Below, piece after piece: positions 11,223-22,759 of a stretch of 64,000 bases of DNA. The position numbers and the translations under genes were made by a program. Every line of letters starts with the position of its first letter. Position 1 is the stretch's first letter. Under the pieces are notes generated by a model, which had not been told where the DNA came from, made no database searches, and was given only the letters and a program-made list of their open reading frames with translations. The DNA is taken from the NCBI RefSeq assembly GCF_058153355.1, contig NZ_CM177019.1; one strand, 5' to 3'.

Positions 11223-11236
11223 TGCCTGTAAAAAGC

Positions 11237-12082
11237 TTATTTCTCTGGCTCAACCGGTAAATCGGCCCGTGCGCCCCATTCACTCCATGCGCCGTCGTAT
11301 AGTTTCACGTTTGGCACATCCAGCGTCGCGAGTGCTAACAAAACCACGGCTGCCGTTACACCAGAACCGCAACTGACGATAATTGGTTTGTCGTAGCTGA
11401 CACCGCGACCAAAAAATATCGCATCCAGTTCATCGGTCGTTTTTAGTTCGCCTTCTCGTACTAGTTCTGTTCACGGAACGTTCAACGCGCCGGGAATGTG
11501 CCCGCGACGTAAACCTGGGCGAGGTTCATCAACTTCTGCATTAAAACGTGCAGCCGGGCGGGCATCAATAATTTGCGCCGTATTTTCATGGCTTGCCAAT
11601 AACACATCGGTTACTTTCACCACAGCCTCAGGATTAAACGCAGCGTTAAACTCACCTTCTGGCAGCGCTACTGCACCTTCTTCTAATAGCAGATCATCAC
11701 GCTGCCAGCCTGCAAGTCCACCACCCAGAATCGACACTTTCTCTACACCAAAGGTGCGCAGCATCCACCATGCGCGTGGGGCTGAGAAAAGATTACCTTC
11801 GTCATAGACAATCAGGTGCTTATCCTGGTTAACGCCTAACTCACGCATTGCAACGGCGAACGTTTCCGGGCGCGGCAGCATGTGCGGAAGCGGGGAATTG
11901 TGATCAGAAAGCGTTTCGATATCGAAAAACACTGCGCCGGGAATATGTCCATTCAGATACTCCTGGGCAACGTTACGATCTTCCTGTCCAGGCGGTGCCA
12001 TGCGGGCATCGATAATCTGAATTTCCGGGTCATCAATATGTTCGGCGAGCCAGTCGGCTCCTACAAACCATGTCGTGGACAT
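11237..12082 (-). pseudogene. sseA: 3-mercaptopyruvate sulfurtransferase SseA, interrupted by an in-frame TGA
   Basis: ORF stops at TGA (complement of 11471..11473) after ...HIPGALNVP. The same frame continues without further stops for 77 codons (TELVREGELKTTDELDAIFFGRGVSYDKPIIVSCGSGVTAAVVLLALATLDVPNVKLYDGAWSEWGARADLPVEPEK*), including the rhodanese active-site CGSGVT. Confidence 0.8.
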
Positions 12083-12287
12083 AGGCATCTCCATTTTTGC
12101 CGGGTTAGGCTAAATTGTCGGATGTTTAGTGAAAAGCGACAAGCAAAAGAGGCTGATTTGGCTGTCTGAGCCACAATTCTCACTAAAATTCGGATTCCAT
12201 GGGCGCGATACTGAATTACATAACGTAAATTCTCACGCATAATAATTATTCGACGTTGCTAACGGGCCATTGTGGCAGGGATGAAAA

Positions 12288-15200
12288 ATGAAAAAGTTAC
12301 GCGTAGCCGCCTGCATGCTAATGCTGGCGCTGGCAGGGTGCGACAACAACGATAACGCGCCAACAGCGGTGAAAAAAGATGTACCTTCTGAAGTTACTAA
12401 AGCGGCATCTTCAAAAAATGCGAGTTCAGCAAAACTCTCTGCACCGGAGCGACAAAAACTGGCACAACAGAGTGCCGGTAAGGCGCTGACATTGCTGGAT
12501 CTCTCTGAAGTCCAACTCGATGGCGCAGCCACGCTGGTGCTGACCTTCTCTATCCCTCTCGACCCGGATCAGGATTTCTCGCGCGTTATTCACGTCGTTG
12601 ATAAAAAAAGCGGCAAAGTGGATGGGGCCTGGGAGCTGTCAGATAATCTTAAAGAGCTGCGTTTACGCCACCTCGAGCCGAAACGTGATTTGATCGTTAC
12701 TATTGGCAAGGAGGTCAAGGCACTCAACAACGCAACCTTCAGTAAAGATTACGAAAAAACTATAACTACCCGCGATATCCAGCCCAGCGTCGGTTTTGCC
12801 AGCCGTGGTTCGCTGCTGCCTGGAAAAGTCATTGAAGGGCTGCCGGTAATGGCGCTCAATGTTAACAATGTCGATGTTAACTTCTTCCGTGTTAAGCCAG
12901 AATTTCTGCCAGCATTTATTAGCCAATGGGAATACCGAAATTCGCTGGCGAACTGGCAGTCAGACAAACTGCTGCAAATGGCGGATCTGGTTTATACCGG
13001 ACGTTTTGATCTCAATCCTGCGCGTAACACCCGTGAAAAATTATTGCTGCCGCTGGGTGATATCAAACCGCTTCAGCAGGCGGGTGTGTATCTGGCTGTG
13101 ATGAATCAGGCTGGACGTTACGATTACAGTAATCCCGCGACGCTGTTTACATTAAGTGATATCGGCGTATCGGCCCACCGTTATCACAATCGTCTGGATA
13201 TCTTTACCCAAAGCCTGGAAAACGGCGCGGCCCAGCAAGGAGTTGAAGTCTCATTATTAAATGAGAAAGGGCAGACTCTGACTCAGGCAACCAGTGATGC
13301 CCAGGGGCATGTGCAGCTGGAAAATGATAAAAACGCGGCATTACTGTTGGCGCGTAAAGACGGTCAGACAACGCTACTCGATTTAAAACTTCCGGCGCTG
13401 GACTTAGCAGAATTTAACATTGCTGGCGCGCCAGGCTATAACAAACAGTTTTTCATGTTTGGCCCGCGCGATCTTTATCGCCCGGGTGAAACAGTCATCC
13501 TTAATGGTTTATTGCGTGATGCAGACGGTAAAGCGTTGCCCGATCAACCCATCAAGCTGGACGTAATTAAACCCGACGGGCAGGTACTCAGGAGCGTCGT
13601 TAGTCAGCCGGAGAATGGCCTCTATCACTTTACCTGGCCACTCGATAGTAATGCGGCCACCGGCATGTGGCATATCCGAGCCAACACGGGCGATAACCAG
13701 TATCGGATGTGGGATTTCCACGTCGAAGATTTTATGCCAGAGCGCATGGCGCTGAATCTGACCGGTGAGAAAACCCCGCTAACGCCGAAAGATGAAGTGA
13801 AATTCTCCGTGGTGGGTTACTACCTGTACGGGGCGCCTGCTAATGGTAATACTTTGCAAGGGCAACTTTTCCTGCGCCCACTGCGTGAAGCTGTGTCAGC
13901 CTTACCTGGTTTCGAATTCGGCGATATAGCTGCTGAAAACCTTTCGCGCACGCTGGATGAAGTTCAGTTGACGCTGGATGATAAAGGGCGCGGCGAAGTT
14001 TCTACAGAAAGCCAGTGGAAGGAAACGCATTCCCCATTACAGGTTATTTTCCAGGGCAGTTTGCTGGAGTCTGGCGGTCGCCCGGTGACGCGCCGTGCTG
14101 AGCAGGCTATCTGGCCTGCCGATGCATTGCCGGGGATCCGTCCGCAATTCGCCTCGAAATCGGTTTACGATTATCGCACTGACAGTACGGTAAAACAGCC
14201 CATTGTTGATGAAGGCAGTAACGCCGCTTTTGACATCGTTTATAGCGATGCACAGGGCGTGAAAAAAGCTGTGTCTGGCTTACAAGTGCGCCTGATTCGC
14301 GAACGCCGCGATTACTACTGGAACTGGTCAGAAGATGAAGGCTGGCAGTCACAGTTTGATCAAAAAGATCTGATCGAAAATGAACAAACACTGGATCTTC
14401 AGGCTGATGAAACCGGTAAAGTCAGTTTCCCGGTAGAGTGGGGCGCTTATCGTCTGGAAGTCAAAGCGCCGAATGAAGCGGTCAGTAGTGTGCGTTTCTG
14501 GGCTGGCTATAGCTGGCAGGACAATAGCGACGGTAGCGGTGCTGTGCGACCAGACCGTGTCACGCTGAAACTGGATAAAGCCAGTTATCGCCCTGGTGAT
14601 ACCATTAAGTTGCACATTGCCGCGCCAACGGCGGGTAAAGGCTATGCGATGGTCGAGTCCAGTGAAGGGCCGCTGTGGTGGCAGGAGATTGATGTTCCAG
14701 CACAAGGGCTGGATCTGACGATTCCGGTCGATAAAACCTGGAATCGTCATGATCTTTATTTAAGTACGCTGGTGGTACGTCCTGGCGATAAATCCCGCTC
14801 CGCGACGCCAAAACGCGCAGTTGGCGTGTTGCATTTGCCGCTTGGCGATGAAAACCGTCGTCTCGATCTGGCGCTGGAAACTCCAGCGAAAATACGCCCC
14901 AATCAGCCATTAACCGTGAAAATTAAAGCCAGCAATAAAAATGGTGAGATGCCAAAACAGGTGAATGTGCTGGTGTCTGCGGTTGATAGCGGTGTGTTGA
15001 ATATTACTGATTATGTCACGCCAGATCCGTGGCAGGCATTCTTTGGTCAGAAACGCTATGGCGCAGATATTTACGATATTTACGGTCAGGTCATTGAAGG
15101 TCAGGGGCGTCTGGCAGCTCTGCGTTTTGGTGGCGATGGTGATGAACTGAAACGCGGTGGTAAACCGCCAGTAAATCACGTCAATATTGTTGCGCAACAG

Positions 15201-17249
15201 GCGCTACCGGTAACACTCAACGAACAGGGCGAAGGCACGGTTACATTGCCGATTGGTGATTTTAACGGTGAATTGCGCGTCATGGCACAAGCATGGACAG
15301 CAGATGATTTCGGTAGCAACGAAAGCAAAGTGGTTGTTGCCGCACCGGTGATAGCAGAACTGAACATGCCGCGCTTTATGGCCAGCGGTGACACCTCACG
15401 TCTGACGCTGGATATCACTAATCTTACCGATAAACCGCAAAAACTGAACGTTGCTCTGACCGCCAGTGGCTTGCTTGAACTGGTTAGCGATTCACCCGCA
15501 GCCGTTGAATTAGCGCCGGGCGTGCGAACCACGCTGTTTATCCCGGTGCGAGCATTGCCGGGTTATGGTGATGGTGAAATTCAGGCCACTATCAGCGGGT
15601 TAGCGTTACCGGGTGAAACCGTTGCCGATCAGCATAAGCAGTGGAAAATGGGTGTCCGTCCGGCATTTCCGGCACAAACCGTCAATTACGGTACGGCGTT
15701 GCAGCCTGGTGAGACATGGGCGATTCCAGCTGATGGATTGCAAAACTTCTCGCCTGTTACGCTGGAAGGGCAATTGTTGTTGAGCGGCAAACCACCGTTG
15801 AATATTGCACGTTATATCAAAGAGTTAAAAGCGTATCCGTACGGTTGTCTGGAGCAAACCGCCAGCGGCCTGTTCCCGTCACTTTACACCAACGCAGCCC
15901 AACTGCAGGCGTTGGGAATCAAAGGCGACAGTGATGAGAAGCGCCGTGCGGCAGTCGATATCGGCATTTCTCGTTTACTGCAAATGCAACGTGATAACGG
16001 TGGCTTTGCGCTGTGGGATAAAAACGGTGATGAAGAGTACTGGCTGACGGCTTACGTGATGGATTTCCTGGTCCGCGCAGGTGAGCAGGGTTACAGCGTG
16101 CCGACAGAAGCCATTAACCGGGGGAATGAGCGTCTACTGCGCTATTTACAAGATCCGGGCATGATGTCGATTCCGTATGCGGATAATCTCAAAGCCAGTA
16201 AATTCGCCGTACAGTCTTACGCTGCGCTGGTGCTGGCCCGTCAGCAAAAGGCACCGCTGGGTGCGCTGCGTGAAATCTGGGAGCATCGTGCCGATGCTGC
16301 GTCTGGATTACCGCTGCTGCAACTTGGCGTTGCGCTGAAAACCATGGGCGATGCAACGCGTGGTGAAGAAGCGATTGTGCTGGCGCTGAAAACGCCGCGC
16401 AATAGTGATGAGCGGATATGGCTGGGTGATTACGGTAGTCCACTGCGCGACAACGCATTGATGCTCTCCTTGCTGGAAGAGAACAAATTGCTACCCGATG
16501 AGCAGTACCCTCTGCTGAACACACTTTCGCAGCAGGCGTTCGGTGAACGCTGGTTATCAACTCAGGAAAGTAACGCGCTGTTCCTGGCTGCCCGTACGAT
16601 TCAGGATTTACCGGGCAAATGGCAGGCGCAAACGTCTTTCTCTGCTGAGCTGCTGACAGGTGAGAAAGCGCAAACCAGCAATCTGAATAGCGATCAACTT
16701 GCCACCTTACAGGTGACCAACAGTGGCGATCAGCCGTTATGGCTGCGTGTGGATGCCAGCGGATATCCGCAATCCGCCCCTTTACCGGCGAGCAATGTGC
16801 TGCAAATCGAGCGCCATATTCTTGGCACTGACGGTAAGAGCAAATCGCTGGATTCGTTACGTAGCGGCGATCTGGTACTGGTCTGGTTGCAGGTCAAAGC
16901 CAGTAACAGCGTGCCGGATGCTTTGGTCGTTGATTTACTGCCTGCGGGCCTGGAACTGGAAAACCAGAACCTGGCTAACGGCAGCGCCAGCCTGGAGCAA
17001 AGTGGTAGCGAAGTGCAAAACCTACTCAGTCAAATGCAACAAGCGAACATTAAGCATATTGAGTTTCGTGACGATCGCTTTGTGGCGGCGGTTGCCGTTG
17101 ATGAATATCAACCAGTCACGCTGGTGTATCTGGCGCGGGCGGTAACGCCGGGAACATACAATGTTCCGCAACCAATGGTGGAATCGATGTATGTTCCCCA
17201 CTGGCGGGCGACTGGCGCGGCTGAAGATCTGTTGATTGTCAGACCGTAA
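12288..17249 (+). CDS. yfhM: alpha-2-macroglobulin family lipoprotein YfhM (ECAM)
   Basis: 1653-aa ORF with lipobox (LALAGC) and thioester motif CLEQ (GCLEQTAS); intact. Confidence 0.9.
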   Translation: MKKLRVAACMLMLALAGCDNNDNAPTAVKKDVPSEVTKAASSKNASSAKLSAPERQKLAQQSAGKALTLLDLSEVQLDGAATLVLTFSIPLDPDQDFSRVIHVVDKKSGKVDGAWELSDNLKELRLRHLEPKRDLIVTIGKEVKALNNATFSKDYEKTITTRDIQPSVGFASRGSLLPGKVIEGLPVMALNVNNVDVNFFRVKPEFLPAFISQWEYRNSLANWQSDKLLQMADLVYTGRFDLNPARNTREKLLLPLGDIKPLQQAGVYLAVMNQAGRYDYSNPATLFTLSDIGVSAHRYHNRLDIFTQSLENGAAQQGVEVSLLNEKGQTLTQATSDAQGHVQLENDKNAALLLARKDGQTTLLDLKLPALDLAEFNIAGAPGYNKQFFMFGPRDLYRPGETVILNGLLRDADGKALPDQPIKLDVIKPDGQVLRSVVSQPENGLYHFTWPLDSNAATGMWHIRANTGDNQYRMWDFHVEDFMPERMALNLTGEKTPLTPKDEVKFSVVGYYLYGAPANGNTLQGQLFLRPLREAVSALPGFEFGDIAAENLSRTLDEVQLTLDDKGRGEVSTESQWKETHSPLQVIFQGSLLESGGRPVTRRAEQAIWPADALPGIRPQFASKSVYDYRTDSTVKQPIVDEGSNAAFDIVYSDAQGVKKAVSGLQVRLIRERRDYYWNWSEDEGWQSQFDQKDLIENEQTLDLQADETGKVSFPVEWGAYRLEVKAPNEAVSSVRFWAGYSWQDNSDGSGAVRPDRVTLKLDKASYRPGDTIKLHIAAPTAGKGYAMVESSEGPLWWQEIDVPAQGLDLTIPVDKTWNRHDLYLSTLVVRPGDKSRSATPKRAVGVLHLPLGDENRRLDLALETPAKIRPNQPLTVKIKASNKNGEMPKQVNVLVSAVDSGVLNITDYVTPDPWQAFFGQKRYGADIYDIYGQVIEGQGRLAALRFGGDGDELKRGGKPPVNHVNIVAQQALPVTLNEQGEGTVTLPIGDFNGELRVMAQAWTADDFGSNESKVVVAAPVIAELNMPRFMASGDTSRLTLDITNLTDKPQKLNVALTASGLLELVSDSPAAVELAPGVRTTLFIPVRALPGYGDGEIQATISGLALPGETVADQHKQWKMGVRPAFPAQTVNYGTALQPGETWAIPADGLQNFSPVTLEGQLLLSGKPPLNIARYIKELKAYPYGCLEQTASGLFPSLYTNAAQLQALGIKGDSDEKRRAAVDIGISRLLQMQRDNGGFALWDKNGDEEYWLTAYVMDFLVRAGEQGYSVPTEAINRGNERLLRYLQDPGMMSIPYADNLKASKFAVQSYAALVLARQQKAPLGALREIWEHRADAASGLPLLQLGVALKTMGDATRGEEAIVLALKTPRNSDERIWLGDYGSPLRDNALMLSLLEENKLLPDEQYPLLNTLSQQAFGERWLSTQESNALFLAARTIQDLPGKWQAQTSFSAELLTGEKAQTSNLNSDQLATLQVTNSGDQPLWLRVDASGYPQSAPLPASNVLQIERHILGTDGKSKSLDSLRSGDLVLVWLQVKASNSVPDALVVDLLPAGLELENQNLANGSASLEQSGSEVQNLLSQMQQANIKHIEFRDDRFVAAVAVDEYQPVTLVYLARAVTPGTYNVPQPMVESMYVPHWRATGAAEDLLIVRP

Positions 17250-19551
17250 ATGCCTCGCCTGTTAACCAAACGCGGCTGCTGGATCACGCTGGCAGCTGCG
17301 CCCTTTCTCCTTTTTTTTGCCGCGTGGGGAGCAGATAAACTCTGGCCCCTGCCATTGCATGAAGTCAATCCCGCACGCGTAGTCGTGGCGCAGGATGGTA
17401 CGCCACTCTGGCGTTTCGCCGATGCTGAGGGCATCTGGCGCTATCCGGTAACCATCGAAGATGTCTCTCCGCGTTACCTTGAAGCACTGATCAATTATGA
17501 AGATCGCTGGTTCTGGAAGCATCCGGGGGTGAATCCATTCTCGGTGGCGCGCGCAGCATGGCAAGATCTCACTTCGGGACGGGTTATTTCCGGCGGCAGC
17601 ACACTCACCATGCAGGTTGCTCGTCTGCTTGATCCTCACCCCAAAACTTTTGGCGGCAAAATTCGCCAGCTCTGGCGCGCGTTTCAACTGGAATGGCACT
17701 TGTCTAAACGTGACATTCTGACCTTGTATCTTAATCGCGCTCCGTTTGGTGGTACGTTGCAGGGGATCGGTGCGGCAAGCTGGGCATATCTCGGAAAATC
17801 GCCTGCGAATTTAAGCTATTCCGAGGCGGCAATGTTAGCGGTGTTACCGCAAGCGCCCAGCCGACTGCGTCCGGATCGCTGGCCGGAACGTGCCGAGGCC
17901 GCACGTAATAAAGTGCTCAATCGGATGGCTGCGCAAGGTGTGTGGTCCCGTGAGCAGGTAAAAGAATCTAGTGAAGAGCCCATCTGGTTGGCACCCCGAC
18001 AAATGCCGCAACTGGCACCGCTGTTTTCGCGAATGATGCTCGGTAAAAGTAAAAGCGACAAAATCGTTACTACGCTGGATGCTGGTTTACAGCGTCGTCT
18101 GGAAGAACTGGCGCAAAACTGGAAAGGACGATTGCCACCGCGCAGTTCGTTGGCAATGATCGTTGTTGATCATACTGATATGAGTGTGCGCGGCTGGGTA
18201 GGATCGGGATGATTCCCGCTTTGGGCATGTCGATATGGTCAATGCGATCCGATCGCCGGGATCGGTACTCAAACCGTTTGTTTATGGTCTGGCGCTGGAT
18301 GAAGGCTTGATCCACCCTGCATCGCTGTTGCAAGACGTTCCCCGGCGCACTGGTGATTATCGACCAGGCAACTTTGACAGCGGTTTTCATGGCCCGATCA
18401 GCATGAGTGAGGCGCTGGTGCGCTCGCTGAATTTACCTGCTGTGCAGGTGCTGGAAGCCTATGGACCGAAACGGTTTGCGGCAAAGTTACGCAATGTTGG
18501 ATTGCCGTTATATTTGCCCAACGGTGCTGCACCGAATCTTTCGCTCATTCTCGGCGGCGCAGGTGCAAAACTGGAGGATATGGCTGCAGCGTATACCGCA
18601 TTTGCTCGCCACGGTAAGGCGGGTAAGTTGCGCTTACAGCCGGGGGACCCATTACTTGAGCGACCGTTAATGTCGCCGGGGGCCGCGTGGATTATCCGCC
18701 GAATTATGGCAGATGAAGCGCAGCCGCTTCCGGATGGCGCTTTGCCACGCGTCGTACCACTGGCGTGGAAAACAGGAACCAGTTATGGCTATCGCGATGC
18801 ATGGGCTATTGGCGTTAACGCTCGTTACGTAATTGGGATCTGGACTGGCAGACCGGACGGTACGCCCGTTGTCGGTCAGTTTGGCTTTGCCAGCGCCGTA
18901 CCGCTGTTGAATCAGGTCAATAATATCTTACTGTCGCGCAGTGCGAATCTGCCGGAAGACCCGCGTCCTGATTCTGTAAGCCGTGGCGTTATCTGCTGGC
19001 CGGGTGGGCAATCATTGCCAGAAGGTGACAGTAATTGCCGCCGTCGTCTTGCCACCTGGTTGCTCGAAGGTAGCCAGCCACCAACATTACTTTTACCGGA
19101 GCAGGAAGGAATAAGTGGGATTCGTTTCCCCATCTGGCTTGATGAGCAAGGTAAACGTGTTGCTGCTGATTGTCCTCAGGCTCGACAAGAAATGATTAAT
19201 GTCTGGCCATTACCACTTGAACCCTGGCTACCTGCTGCTGAACGACGAGCAGCGCGCTTACCTGGGGCATCAACAAATTGCCCGCCGTATGGTCGTGATG
19301 CTCAGGTACCTTTACAGTTGATTGGTGTGCGTAATGGCGTAATTATCAAACGTCTGCCAGGAGCTACTGATGCGTCATTACCAGTACAATTAAGCGGAGG
19401 AACAGGCGAACGCTGGTGGTTTCTTAATGGTGAACCGTTAGCTGAACGCGGGCGTAACGTGACTCTGCATTTGACAGAGAAAGGCGATTATCAATTACTG
19501 GTAATGGACGAAATGGGGCAGGTCGCGACGGTGAGATTTGTCATGCAGTAG
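17250..19551 (+). pseudogene. pbpC: penicillin-binding protein 1C (PbpC) split by a frameshift
   Basis: Two adjacent ORFs in different frames: 17250..18212 (transglycosylase GT51 domain, EDRWFWKHPGVNP) and 18235..19551 (transpeptidase, SPGSVLKP SxxK motif). The second frame read upstream gives ...DDSRFGHVDMVN back to a stop at 18199..18201, so the shift lies in 18199..18213. Confidence 0.8.
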
Positions 19552-19699
19552 TCTGTTTTGCCATGCTTTGTTGCTTAAACTCGGTTTATTTTAAAAAAAT
19601 GTTACCTTCATCAATAGTCAACGGCCCTGTTGCTCATTATAATCCGCGCCATCTCGTACGCTGGTACAGACAACAACAGAATAATTTACAGAGGTAAAA

Positions 19700-20131
19700 A
19701 TGGCTATTGAACGTACTTTTTCCATCATCAAACCGAACGCGGTAGCAAAAAACGTCATTGGCAATATCTTTGCGCGCTTTGAAGCTGCAGGGTTCAAAAT
19801 TGTCGGCACCAAAATGCTGCACCTGACCGTTGAACAGGCTCGTGGCTTTTATGCTGAACACGATGGAAAACCGTTCTTTGATGGTCTGGTTGAATTCATG
19901 ACCTCTGGCCCGATCGTGGTTTCCGTGCTGGAGGGTGAAAACGCCGTTCAGCGTCACCGCGATCTGCTGGGCGCGACCAATCCGGCAAACGCACTGGCCG
20001 GTACTCTGCGTGCTGATTACGCTGACAGCCTGACCGAAAATGGTACCCACGGTTCTGATTCCGTCGAATCTGCCGCTCGCGAAATCGCTTATTTCTTCGG
20101 CGAAGGCGAAGTGTGCCCGCGCACCCGTTAA
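19700..20131 (+). CDS. ndk: nucleoside diphosphate kinase
   Basis: 143-aa [18 protein letters not shown]... with catalytic His motif (NGTHGSDS). Confidence 0.95.
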
Positions 20132-20280
20132 TAATTTCGTAAATGCCGCGTGCAAACGTGGCATCCGTGCGCCAGAATTTGTACAATGCAGCGCCCCCGG
20201 ACGAGCAGCCGCTCACCGGGGCGTTTCTTTTTTCAACCCTCCAGGGGCCATAACGTGTAATAACGAGGCCGGAATAGCAT

Positions 20281-21435
20281 ATGTCTGAACAATTAGTCAC
20301 ACCTGAAAACGTCACCACGAAAGATGGAAAAATCAACCTGCTGGATCTCAACCGTCAGCAGATGCGGGAGTTTTTTAAAGATTTAGGTGAAAAACCCTTC
20401 CGCGCCGATCAGGTGATGAAGTGGATGTATCACTATTGCTGCGACAACTTTGATGAGATGACCGACATCAACAAAGTGTTGCGCGGCAAGCTGAAAGAGG
20501 TGGCGGAAATCCGCGCACCGGAAGTGGTTGAAGAACAGCGTTCATCTGACGGCACCATTAAATGGGCGATTGCCGTTGGCGATCAGCGCGTCGAAACGGT
20601 GTATATCCCGGAAGACGACCGCGCCACGCTCTGCGTCTCTTCGCAGGTGGGGTGTGCGCTGGAGTGTAAATTCTGTTCCACCGCCCAGCAGGGCTTTAAC
20701 CGCAACCTGCGGGTATCGGAAATTATCGGCCAGGTGTGGCGTGCGGCGAAAATCGTCGGCGCAGCAAAAGTCACCGGTCAGCGCCCAATCACTAACGTCG
20801 TGATGATGGGTATGGGCGAGCCGCTGCTCAACCTAAACAATGTCGTTCCGGCGATGGAAATCATGTTGGATGACTTTGGTTTTGGTCTGTCTAAACGTCG
20901 CGTGACGCTTTCCACTTCCGGTGTAGTTCCGGCGCTGGATAAACTGGGCGATATGATCGACGTAGCGCTGGCAATTTCCCTGCACGCGCCGAACGACGAA
21001 ATTCGTGACGAAATTGTGCCGATCAACAAAAAGTACAATATCGAAACGTTCCTTGCTGCGGTGCGCCGCTATCTGGAGAAATCTAACGCCAATCAGGGCC
21101 GAGTCACTATTGAATACGTGATGCTTGATCACGTTAACGACGGCACTGAACACGCGCACCAACTGGCGGAGCTGCTGAAAGATACGCCGTGTAAGATCAA
21201 CCTGATCCCGTGGAACCCGTTCCCTGGCGCGCCGTATGGACGCAGCTCAAACAGTCGTATCGACCGTTTCTCTAAAGTGCTGATGAGCTACGGTTTCACC
21301 ACTATTGTGCGTAAAACTCGTGGTGATGATATCGATGCTGCCTGTGGTCAGTTGGCGGGCGATGTTATCGACCGTACGAAACGTACCCTGCGTAAACGAA
21401 TGCAGGGTGAGGCCATCGACATTAAAGCGGTCTGA
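20281..21435 (+). CDS. rlmN: 23S rRNA/tRNA m2A methyltransferase RlmN (radical SAM)
   Basis: 384-aa ORF with radical-SAM Cys motif (CALECKFC). Confidence 0.95.
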
Positions 21436-21443
21436 TAGCCATT

Positions 21444-21482
21444 ACGCCACGGTTACTTTATGTACCGTGGCGTAATCTTTTA
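21444..21482 (+). terminator. rho-independent terminator after rlmN
   Basis: Inverted repeat ttacgccacggt...accgtggcgtaa followed by a T-rich tract. Confidence 0.5.
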
Positions 21483-21719
21483 TGAATGAAGTATTAAGTT
21501 GCAATTGTCTGGTCAATATTAACGGTGCGTTTTTGCTGACTTTAAGGCAGTATGTAACGATGCAACAGTAAGTTAGCCTTAGTGAATGTGGGCTTTGTCA
21601 CGAGCACACAGACGGTCTTATACTGTATGATAACGGTTAACTTAACGGATGTTTCGCGGTGTGGGTGAGCATGATGGTTCACCGGCATCTCAATTCTCAT
21701 TTAAACGTACCTGCAGCGA

Positions 21720-22733
21720 ATGAATACTGAAGCCACGCACGACCAAAATGAAGCACTTACTACCGGCGCTCGCCTGCGTAATGCTCGCGAACAACTAGGA
21801 CTTAGTCAGCAGGCCGTTGCTGAGCGACTTTGCCTGAAGGTTTCCACGGTACGCGACATTGAAGAAGATAAGGCACCTGCCGATCTTGCTTCAACATTCC
21901 TGCGCGGATATATCCGCTCTTATGCGCGTCTGGTACATATTCCAGAAGAAGAACTGCTACCGGGGCTGGAAAAACAGGCTCCACTACGAGCTGCAAAAGT
22001 TGCGCCGATGCAGAGTTTTTCCCTCGGTAAACGCCGCAAAAAACGTGACGGCTGGCTGATGACCTTCACCTGGCTGGTGTTGTTTGTGGTTATTGGCCTG
22101 AGCGGTGCCTGGTGGTGGCAAGACCACAAAGCTCAGCAGGAAGAGATCACTACTATGGCCGATCAATCTTCTGCGGAACTGAGCAGTAATAACGAACAGG
22201 GGCAGAGTGTTCCGTTAGATACGTCGACAACCACAGACCCGACTACGACGTCCACGCCGCCAGCGTCTGTGGATACTACCGCAACTAACACGCAAACACC
22301 TGCCATAACTTCGCCAGCACCAGCTGTTGATTCACAACAGAATGCAGTTGTTTCACCTTCGCAGGCAAATGTTGATACCGCTGCGACCCCGGCACCAACG
22401 GCAACAACAACGCCAGATGGTGCTGCGCCGTTGCCAACCGATCAGGCTGGCGTGACCACGCCGGCGGTTGACCCGAATGCGTTGGTGATGAACTTTACTG
22501 CCGATTGCTGGCTGGAAGTCACTGACGCTACCGGTAAAAAACTGTTTAGCGGTATGCAGCGTAAAGACGGTAATTTGAACTTAACCGGCCAGGCTCCGTA
22601 CAAACTGAAAATTGGTGCGCCAGCCGCAGTACAGATCCAGTATCAAGGGAAACCTGTCGATCTGAGTCGTTTTATCAGAACTAACCAGGTTGCGCGTCTG
22701 ACCCTAAATGCCGAACAATCACCGGCGCAGTAA
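21720..22733 (+). CDS. rodZ: cytoskeleton protein RodZ
   Basis: 337-aa ORF: N-terminal HTH, one TM segment, Pro/Thr-rich linker, C-terminal domain. Confidence 0.9.
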   Translation: MNTEATHDQNEALTTGARLRNAREQLGLSQQAVAERLCLKVSTVRDIEEDKAPADLASTFLRGYIRSYARLVHIPEEELLPGLEKQAPLRAAKVAPMQSFSLGKRRKKRDGWLMTFTWLVLFVVIGLSGAWWWQDHKAQQEEITTMADQSSAELSSNNEQGQSVPLDTSTTTDPTTTSTPPASVDTTATNTQTPAITSPAPAVDSQQNAVVSPSQANVDTAATPAPTATTTPDGAAPLPTDQAGVTTPAVDPNALVMNFTADCWLEVTDATGKKLFSGMQRKDGNLNLTGQAPYKLKIGAPAAVQIQYQGKPVDLSRFIRTNQVARLTLNAEQSPAQ

Positions 22734-22759
22734 CAGACGGGTAACGCGGGAGATTTTTC

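Noticed and set aside
22140-22480. Pro/Thr/Ala-rich low-complexity stretch that looks like a repeat
   Set aside because: It is the periplasmic linker of RodZ, part of an intact 337-aa ORF, not an independent repeat element.
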